Sequence record: SRR31156797_613
DNA: 44,709 nucleotides
Reading direction: 5' to 3' (one strand)
The notes under the pieces were generated by a model. That model did not search any database. It saw only the letters and a list, made by a program, of their open reading frames with translations, and had not been told where the DNA came from. Position numbers and translations under genes: made by a program. Of the stretch, positions 37,904 to 44,709 are shown in pieces (position 1 is the first letter of the stretch; every line of letters begins with the position of its first letter).

Positions 37904-39199
37904 TTAGAATAATAAATCTGGTAAGAACATAACAATTTGTGGTACAAATGTTATAAGCAACAGTACTATAATCATTGTTATGTAGAACGGTACTAACGCT
38001 TTTGTTACCTTCTCAATTGATACCTTTCCTATTGCACAGCCTACGAATAGTGCTCCGCCAACAGGAGGTGTGCATAATCCTATTCCTAGATTTAATATAA
38101 GCACTACACCGAATTGAACCGGATCCATCCCCAGTTGTGTTACAACCGGCAATATAATCGGAGTCAAAATCAGAATAAGCGGAGCCATATCCATAATGCA
38201 GCCCAAAATTAATATCAATAGATTAATTAATAGCAGTAATACTACAGGACTCTCCGAGATTGTCAATAATGCATTTGTTGCTAATCTTGGTACTTGCAAA
38301 AATGCAAGCATGTGACCAAAAGCTTTTGCAGTTGCAATAAGGCTAAGTACCAGTGCTAATGTCTTGAGTGATTTAAATAGTATTTTCCCCATAGCTTTTA
38401 TTTTGATTTCTCTATAAACAAAGAATGTTATGACAAAAGCATATAGGCAGGCAACAGCAGCTGATTCAGTTGCCGTGAATACACCTGACAAAACACCAGC
38501 AATAATGATGATTGCTGTAAAAACGCCTAAGAAGGCATCAATAGAAATTCTCAGACCTTCTTTAAACCCAATTTTATCACCCTTTGGATAGTTTCTCTTA
38601 ACAGCTAAAATATAGCTGATAACCATCAGTGCAACACCAAGCAAAACGCCCGGAATAATTCCACCAATAAATAATTTGCCTACTGATACACCTCCGGCAA
38701 CCAATGAATAGATAATCATATTATGGCTTGGAGGAATAATAACGCCCTGACATGAACTAGTTACAGTAACAGCTACAGAATAATCATCATCATAACCAGT
38801 TTTTTTCATCATTGGTATCATCATTGCTCCGATAGAAGATGTATCTGCAACTGCAGAACCAGATATACCACCAAAGAACATACTCGCCAATACATTAACC
38901 AGCCCTAGTCCCCCTCTGACTCGTCCAATAAGGACGTTAGCGAACTGAATAATCCTTTTTGATATTCCGCCTGCGCTCATTATTTCACCAGCTAGAATAA
39001 AGAATGGAATTGCAAGCAGAGTTGATGACTCTATCCCCTTAACCATCTTTGATACTATAGTTATCAATGGCATTTTTACATATATCGCAGTTACTATGGA
39101 GGAAATGCCAAGACTGAATGTAACAGGTATTTTTAACACCAATAATATAACAAATGTTCCAAGTAAGATAGCAATTGCAACATTAATATCAAATCCCAT
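37904..39199 (-). CDS. dctM: TRAP transporter large permease
   Basis: LLAIPFFILAG, FFGGISGSAVAD, IIPPS, FTATES and TPPVG motifs. Start at ATG 39199 after GGAGGT. Confidence 0.93.
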   Translation of the reverse strand: MGFDINVAIAILLGTFVILLVLKIPVTFSLGISSIVTAIYVKMPLITIVSKMVKGIESSTLLAIPFFILAGEIMSAGGISKRIIQFANVLIGRVRGGLGLVNVLASMFFGGISGSAVADTSSIGAMMIPMMKKTGYDDDYSVAVTVTSSCQGVIIPPSHNMIIYSLVAGGVSVGKLFIGGIIPGVLLGVALMVISYILAVKRNYPKGDKIGFKEGLRISIDAFLGVFTAIIIIAGVLSGVFTATESAAVACLYAFVITFFVYREIKIKAMGKILFKSLKTLALVLSLIATAKAFGHMLAFLQVPRLATNALLTISESPVVLLLLINLLILILGCIMDMAPLILILTPIILPVVTQLGMDPVQFGVVLILNLGIGLCTPPVGGALFVGCAIGKVSIEKVTKALVPFYITMIIVLLLITFVPQIVMFLPDLLF

Positions 39200-39713
39200 T
39201 ATCTGCACCTCCCTCTTTCTCTTCTGACTCTGCTTTTTTCCCTTCGTATCTCTTTACACCGAATACATCCATCAAGCTATAATACGCTATCAGCGCACCT
39301 GAAAACGGCATAATTATATATAAATAACCTCTTGGCATCTTTGTTGCTGCCAGTGTTGATGTCATCATTTTACTAGTAAGCTCCCATCCCCATATAACCA
39401 TAAATACGCCAAAAGCTGCTACCATCAGATACGCAAACTTTTCTATTACTTTCTGCATTTTCCTTGGAAACATTTTATAAATCACTTCTATACTAATATG
39501 CAATTTCTCTCTCACACCTATAGCCATTGCAATGAAACCAAACCATATCATTAATATTAATGGCACTTCTTCGCTCCACCTTATACTGTAATTAAATACT
39601 TTCCTAGTAAAAACCTGTGAACAGGTAATTATAGTCATTACAACCAGCATAATCTTTGCTAGAAAAACCATTACTTCATTAAAGAAATAGAAAAACTTTT
39701 CAATTTTTTTCAT
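39189..39713 (-). CDS. dctQ: TRAP transporter small permease
   Basis: Four TM segments, QVFTR, WSEE and HISIE motifs. Start at ATG 39713. Confidence 0.9.
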   Translation of the reverse strand: MKKIEKFFYFFNEVMVFLAKIMLVVMTIITCSQVFTRKVFNYSIRWSEEVPLILMIWFGFIAMAIGVREKLHISIEVIYKMFPRKMQKVIEKFAYLMVAAFGVFMVIWGWELTSKMMTSTLAATKMPRGYLYIIMPFSGALIAYYSLMDVFGVKRYEGKKAESEEKEGGADNGI

Positions 39714-39742
39714 TTTCCTTCCTTCCTCCTTAGCAATAAACG

Positions 39743-39772
39743 AAAAAGAAGCCAAGATTATTTGGCTTCTTT
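39743..39772 (-). terminator. Hairpin after dctP (partial terminator or stabiliser)
   Basis: AAAGAAGCCAA-GATTAT-TTGGCTTCTTT. Confidence 0.6.
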
Positions 39773-39792
39773 AATCTTTTAATCCTATTGTA

Positions 39793-40866
39793 CTATTTCA
39801 TTGCTTGAATTTTTTCAATTATGTCTAAGTACTCTGATGCATATTTCTCATATACAGGAGTCATACAATCAGCAAATCTTTGCTTTTCTTCATCTGATAG
39901 ATATGTAATCTGGTTGCCTGCTGCAACAATTTTCTCTTCAGATTCTTTTTCTTTTTCTACCCACAATTTGCTTTGATATGGTTGTGCTTCTTTAGCAGCT
40001 TCTTTGATTAATGCTAAGTCTTCAGCAGATACTTTGTCTTCGATTGCTTTTGAAGCTATTAGAATCTCAGGCACACGTAAATGTTCATCCAGTGTATAAT
40101 ACTTTGCAACTTCAAAGTGTGAAGATGTGTCGTATGAAGGCCAATTGTTCTCAGCACCATCGATAACACCTGTTTGTATAGCAGAATAAACTTCGCCATA
40201 TGGCATTGGGGTAGCAACTGCGCCTAGTGCTTCAACCATGTCTATAAACATTTCGTTCTGCATAACACGGAATTTTAGTCCTTCAAGGTCTTCTAAAGTT
40301 TCTATTGGTCTTACTGAATTATAGAAGCTACGTGAGCCACCATCATACCACCCTAAACCAATAAAGCCTGAATCATAAATACTTGCTAACATGTCAGCAC
40401 CAACTTCGCTGTCTAGAACTTTCCACATGTGATCAGCGCCTGAATAGATATAAGGTAGTGCTAATACATTAAGTTCTGGTGCGAACTCAGCCAAAGGTCC
40501 TAATGATACACGTGTAAAATCAATTGCACCAAATTGAACTTGCTCTATTACGTCTACTTCTTCACCGAGTTGTTTTGAGTCATAAACCTCGATAATAACA
40601 CGACCTTCTGTCTTCTCTTCAACTAATCTTGCGAACTCCAGGTTACCCTTGTTTGTAGGATAATCTGCTGGATGAGTTTCTGCAAGTCTGAAGTATACAG
40701 GTTCTACCTCTTCCTTTACTTCTTCTTTGACCTCTTCCTTTACTTCTTCCTTAACCTCTTCTGTTTGAGTTTCATCAACTTCTGGCTCTTGTACTTCAAC
40801 TGGAGTACATGCTGCAAAACTGAATAGCAGACATAGAGCCAATAAAATCACTAGAATTTTTTTCAT
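39793..40866 (-). CDS. dctP: TRAP solute-binding lipoprotein
   Basis: Lipobox FAAC. ETHPADYPT, QLG.E, GSRSFY, GLKFRV (conserved carboxylate-binding Arg) and GVIDGAENN motifs. Start at ATG 40866 after AAGGAGG. Confidence 0.93.
   Translation of the reverse strand: MKKILVILLALCLLFSFAACTPVEVQEPEVDETQTEEVKEEVKEEVKEEVKEEVEPVYFRLAETHPADYPTNKGNLEFARLVEEKTEGRVIIEVYDSKQLGEEVDVIEQVQFGAIDFTRVSLGPLAEFAPELNVLALPYIYSGADHMWKVLDSEVGADMLASIYDSGFIGLGWYDGGSRSFYNSVRPIETLEDLEGLKFRVMQNEMFIDMVEALGAVATPMPYGEVYSAIQTGVIDGAENNWPSYDTSSHFEVAKYYTLDEHLRVPEILIASKAIEDKVSAEDLALIKEAAKEAQPYQSKLWVEKEKESEEKIVAAGNQITYLSDEEKQRFADCMTPVYEKYASEYLDIIEKIQAMK
40702..40761 (-). repeat. Degenerate 12-bp tandem repeat x5 encoding (EEVK)4-EEVE linker of DctP
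   Basis: GAA GAG GTT AAG / GAA GAA GTA AAG / GAA GAG GTC AAA / GAA GAA GTA AAG / GAA GAG GTA GAA. Confidence 0.8.
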
Positions 40867-41039
40867 TCTAATCCTCCTTATTCTTTTAAATCTCAATTTA
40901 AGTATAGTAAAGTCAACATATTTATTCTCTGCAATAAATTGCTATTTCCTAGAAATAATTGCATATTATAAAATAGGATTTATAAATTATCGAAAATCTA
41001 GTACTATTTTTTGCATTTTGCAAGATATTGCTATAAACG

Positions 41040-42590
41040 CTATGTAATATGCTGCTTTCTATAGCTGGTTGGTGATAATCCTGTTTCTTTCTTAAAAACT
41101 CTTGCAAAGTAGTTTGGATCTGCATATCCGGATTTGAAGCAGATTTCTTTTACAGACAAATATGGATCCTTTAACAATTTCTTTGCATTCTTTATCCTAA
41201 TTGAAGTAACATAATCAGTAAAATTCTTATTTAAATACTTCTTGAACAACTTACAAATATAAAATGAACTTAGTCTGCTCACTTCCGAAAGCTGCTCCAA
41301 GGATATACTTTCTGAAATATGCTCCTCTATATACATTGCCATCTTATTTACGATAACTGCATTCTTGTCCTGTTCATCAACTAAGCATATTTTACAAAGC
41401 TTATCAATATAATTTTTTAGATAATCTTTGCCTTCATCCATAGTTTTTATCTTGGATGCTATTACATATAAACTATCATCTATGGTGATAGCCTTGTGAA
41501 CTTTCATAGAAATACTATGCTTTAAGAACACACAAAACTCTATTAACTCAATATGATAATTTTCAACAGTACCTGCTTCTTCAACCAAAATATTATGTAT
41601 CTTATTTATCTCTGTTCTGCTGATATGTTCACAGTTGCATGATATATTACGTGCCAATTCGTCGGTAATAGAAGACAAAGTATCGGATGATTTTATTGTT
41701 TTTTTGCTTTGGACCTTTTCCTTTGCATGCATAAAGGAGCTCCATATTGTATCATATGATTTTGAAATTTCCCCTATGCCAAAATTCAGAACAATACTAT
41801 TCTCACTATATATTTTCAATTTGAGAAATTCTGCCGTTTCACCAAGCATAGTCTGCGCATCGGTAATCCTATCTAATTCATTTTCATATACAAGAATATG
41901 TATTGACATGCCCTTGGTGAAAATTACACTGTTAATAATCTTTCCCTTTATTTTTAAGCAAATCTTATCAATTACCATACGCTTCTTTGTCTCTAAACCG
42001 CTTTCCGAATATGAATCAGAATCTTCAAAAGACATGGAAACAATACTACCAAAGCAAAAGTTAAAATCAATATTCGTAAAAGAAAGATATTTACTTATTC
42101 TCTTTTCATCAGATTCTCCATCTATCAAAGCTTCCATCAGACACTCCTCCAGATATTTCGATGCACCGCTTAATCTGTCTTTTGTAATCTGAGACTTTAA
42201 CTGCTGTTCCTTTTTCTTCTCAATGCTTTTTATTGAGTTATTTATAGCCGATTCAATTGTTTCAGGCAATGCAGGCTTTACCAAAAAATCATCAGCCCCT
42301 AATTTCAGAGCCTTTTTTGCATAATCAAATTCATCAAAAGCAGTTAAGAAAATTATGCGGATATCCTGAAGAAATTTTGTAATTATAGATGCTGCTTTTA
42401 TACCGTTTAGTCCCGGCATTGTAATATCCATTATTACAATATCTGGTTCAAATGCTGATGCTACTGCAACTGATTCCTGACCATTTGAGGCATGCTTAAT
42501 ATCACTGACCTTTATATTACCTTTTCTAATGATGTTCTCTATCGCTCTTCTTTCAATTTCTTCATCATCTACAATTAATAGTTTATACAT
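41040..42590 (-). CDS. Response regulator with C-terminal AraC HTH (YesN-like)
   Basis: LIVDDE, MDITMPG, LTAF and KP receiver motifs. C-terminal GYADPNYFARVFKKETGLSPTSYR. Confidence 0.92.
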   Translation of the reverse strand: MYKLLIVDDEEIERRAIENIIRKGNIKVSDIKHASNGQESVAVASAFEPDIVIMDITMPGLNGIKAASIITKFLQDIRIIFLTAFDEFDYAKKALKLGADDFLVKPALPETIESAINNSIKSIEKKKEQQLKSQITKDRLSGASKYLEECLMEALIDGESDEKRISKYLSFTNIDFNFCFGSIVSMSFEDSDSYSESGLETKKRMVIDKICLKIKGKIINSVIFTKGMSIHILVYENELDRITDAQTMLGETAEFLKLKIYSENSIVLNFGIGEISKSYDTIWSSFMHAKEKVQSKKTIKSSDTLSSITDELARNISCNCEHISRTEINKIHNILVEEAGTVENYHIELIEFCVFLKHSISMKVHKAITIDDSLYVIASKIKTMDEGKDYLKNYIDKLCKICLVDEQDKNAVIVNKMAMYIEEHISESISLEQLSEVSRLSSFYICKLFKKYLNKNFTDYVTSIRIKNAKKLLKDPYLSVKEICFKSGYADPNYFARVFKKETGLSPTSYRKQHIT

Positions 42591-42591
42591 T

Positions 42592-44061
42592 CTAAGCTTC
42601 CTCTCTTATAATAATCAACTTTATAGTCGTTCCTTCGTTTCTTTTGCTTTCTACAATAAATTTGCTTCTGTCTGGATATGCCAAAAGAAATCTGTCACGT
42701 ACGTTCCTAATACCTATACTAGCTCTGCTCTTTGTTATTAACTCTTGGTTTGAGTTAATCTTATCAACTAGCTTTTTGTCCATTCCAATACCATTATCAG
42801 ATACTTCTATAATCACTTTATTTTCTTCTTTATACGCCTTAATACTTATACTCCCTCCATCAATCTTGGAACCAAAACCATGAGTAATAGCATTCTCTAC
42901 AAGCGGCTGCAATATCAAAACTGGAATGTATACACAAATATCATCTGGTATGTCTATGCTATATTCCAGTCTTTCTTTAAATCTGATACTTTGGAGCTTT
43001 AAATAATCAGTTATCAGAATCTTTTCCTCTGCTAATGTTACCTTTTCTCCTGCACTTTTCAGCTGATATCTGAAGATTTTTGAAAGCATGTGTATTAAAT
43101 CCATAGTTTCGTCAGCTTCCTCGAAGTATGCTGTTCTGGAAATCAAGTTAAGTGTATTAAACAAAAAATGAGGATTAATCTTTGCCTGAAGTGCTTCCAG
43201 CTTAGCCTGCTGCAAAAGGTGCTCCATCTGCATAACGGCTGTCTCTTCCTCATGCAGTCTCTTTTCAATATTAGCTTTCTCTTTTATTCTTTCAACATAG
43301 TCTTTTATACTCCTGCCCATATGATTATATGCTCTAGACAGGTCACCTATTTCGTCAGTTGATGTGACATTAACAACTCGTATATCCAGATTACCCTGAG
43401 AAATTTGTTTAGAATAATTAGATAGTTTTTTTATTGGAAGTACAATGTAATTAGCCAAAAGGATACCCAGCGCCAGTGTTAATAGAATGAATATTACAAT
43501 CAGATTAAATGATGTTTTCTTCATTCTATTTGTTTCTTTTTTTATTTCCTCAGCTTTTTCAGACTCATCTTTTAAGTTCAATAGAAGCAATTCATTAAAA
43601 TATCTATCAGTATATTCCTGAATATCTAATCCTCTGTAATAATCTATATAATAGAGTTCGTTTTCATCTTGTTTTAGTTTGATTGCGCTGTCGAAAAAGT
43701 TCTGATAAGATTTTGTAGAATAATATATAGCATTAATTGTAAAATAACTCTCAAGAGATATTTGTATGCTGTATAAATCATCAACCATCTGTTGAATTAC
43801 TTCACTGCGTTCGTTGTATTCTTCTAAAGCATCTTTATCATCATAAATAAGATACTTTTCTATATCCTTTAGGTTTTTTGTAGTTAGTTCCATTAGAGTA
43901 TAAACTTTATAGTTACTGTTAATAGTCTCATTCAGCAAATCTTGTGTTTTTACGTTATATTTATTAAAAAATGACAACGCAACAAAAAGAATAATAACTA
44001 CAGTAAAATAATATGATAGAATCTTAATCTTTATGGGTAGATTAAACCAGAATTTTTTCAT
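42592..44061 (-). CDS. Sensor histidine kinase with HAMP domain (YesM/LytS-like)
   Basis: Two TM segments, HAMP (DEIGDL), LQAKINPHFLFNTLN, LQPLVENAITHG, DNGIG and IGIRNV. Confidence 0.92.
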   Translation of the reverse strand: MKKFWFNLPIKIKILSYYFTVVIILFVALSFFNKYNVKTQDLLNETINSNYKVYTLMELTTKNLKDIEKYLIYDDKDALEEYNERSEVIQQMVDDLYSIQISLESYFTINAIYYSTKSYQNFFDSAIKLKQDENELYYIDYYRGLDIQEYTDRYFNELLLLNLKDESEKAEEIKKETNRMKKTSFNLIVIFILLTLALGILLANYIVLPIKKLSNYSKQISQGNLDIRVVNVTSTDEIGDLSRAYNHMGRSIKDYVERIKEKANIEKRLHEEETAVMQMEHLLQQAKLEALQAKINPHFLFNTLNLISRTAYFEEADETMDLIHMLSKIFRYQLKSAGEKVTLAEEKILITDYLKLQSIRFKERLEYSIDIPDDICVYIPVLILQPLVENAITHGFGSKIDGGSISIKAYKEENKVIIEVSDNGIGMDKKLVDKINSNQELITKSRASIGIRNVRDRFLLAYPDRSKFIVESKRNEGTTIKLIIIREEA

Positions 44062-44180
44062 ACATGAAAATAAACTGTACTGTTTAAATACAGTTTCTCC
44101 TTTTTAATATTTCTGTTTTCCAGACCCCATAAATATTACCTGATTTAAAATGCTTATTTATTTAAAATGCTTATCTACTT

Positions 44181-44231
44181 ATAATATCATTTGAGAACTA
44201 ATATGTCTATATAAAACCATAACCGGTTTCA
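44181..44231 (-). promoter_or_regulatory. Sigma-A promoter of the two-component operon with an upstream LacI-type palindrome
   Basis: TAGACA (44209-44204), 17 bp spacer ending TGn, TATTAT (44186-44181). TGAAACCGGTTA lies at 44231-44220. Confidence 0.5.
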
Positions 44232-44475
44232 TTAACCTTATGACAATACTTCTACTGGTCATAAAGCAAAAAAATGTATTTTATGCAGTGTGAAACTGTA
44301 ACTAAATACGTGAAAAAATTATTTTTCTCAAGATTATAGTCTAGAATTTAGGAATCGAATCCTAACACAAAATGCAGAATATATACACAATCTTTATATT
44401 ATACGATAATATATTTCTAATTTTATTGCATAGAGGTAGATGTCTATAGCTTCCAACATTAATACTATCATAAAT

Positions 44476-44514
44476 ACAAAACAACAAATTCTACATTCAA
44501 ATGGATGTAGAATT
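44476..44514 (-). terminator. Terminator-like hairpin for a transcript entering from beyond the window end
   Basis: AATTCTACAT ... ATGTAGAATT stem (44487-44514), followed by TGTTGTTTTG on the minus strand. Confidence 0.5.
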
Positions 44515-44709
44515 CGTTTAATATGTGATTTACTGAATAATATATTCGTTTCACATGTAGTATCTATATTAGCATACTTTTTTATATAATTATTATGTTC
44601 ATAGCTAAAAATTAACAGTATTGAACATAACCACTAATGTAAGCCTTGTCCTAGTCATTAGGTATAAGAAAATTAAGTAAACCATTGACTAGCCACACCT
44701 TCGCTATGT

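Noticed and set aside
343..43362. Numerous short antisense or alternate-frame ORFs in the track (e.g. 7126..8067, 17247..17867, 41635..42192)
   Set aside because: They lie wholly within well-supported genes, have no recognisable motifs or RBS, and are typical shadow ORFs.
44487..44514. AATTCTACAT...ATGTAGAATT resembles a Cas12a repeat stem (TCTAC/GTAGA)
   Set aside because: Single copy, no spacers and no cas genes. It is better explained as a terminator.
44440..44589. 49-codon plus-strand ORF MSIASNINT...
   Set aside because: SD spacing is too short, there is no recognisable motif, and it spans a terminator-like hairpin.
44634..44709. Imperfect hairpins (CTAGTCA...TGACTAG) at the window end as a possible riboswitch or ncRNA
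   Set aside because: No diagnostic motif of a known riboswitch class, and the sequence is truncated by the window edge.

Overview
Low-GC, AT-rich bacterial chromosome segment, most consistent with an anaerobic Clostridia-type Firmicute (GGAGG Shine-Dalgarno sites, sigma-A promoters, lipoprotein solute-binding proteins, YesMN-type two-component system). It is a run of nutrient-scavenging modules. (1) TetR-linked divergent alpha-glucosidase/GPH symporter and GH3 beta-glucosidase. (2) DtxR-family regulator, feoA, feoB and an unannotated Cys-rich feoB-associated protein, with four copies of an 18-bp operator-like palindrome. (3) A YibE/F membrane protein. (4) A GH2 beta-mannosidase interrupted by one in-frame TAG. 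(5) An orphan AprA/AprB-like flavoprotein-ferredoxin pair coupled to an M42 peptidase. (6) A 9-gene RidA/aminotransferase/M29-fold protein/PepV/Opp-type ABC operon, divergent from a YheO-type regulator, whose leader carries an ANTAR-like hairpin overlapping a terminator. (7) A TIGR04076-like protein with an aldo-keto reductase. (8) An ArsR-like regulator with a geranylgeranyl-reductase-like flavoprotein, MFS, DUF2804-like protein and GH2. (9) A YesMN-type system with a TRAP transporter, DMT protein and KdgF-like cupin. No rRNA, tRNA, CRISPR array, prophage or transposase was recognised. All family calls come from motif recognition by eye, not from database searches.
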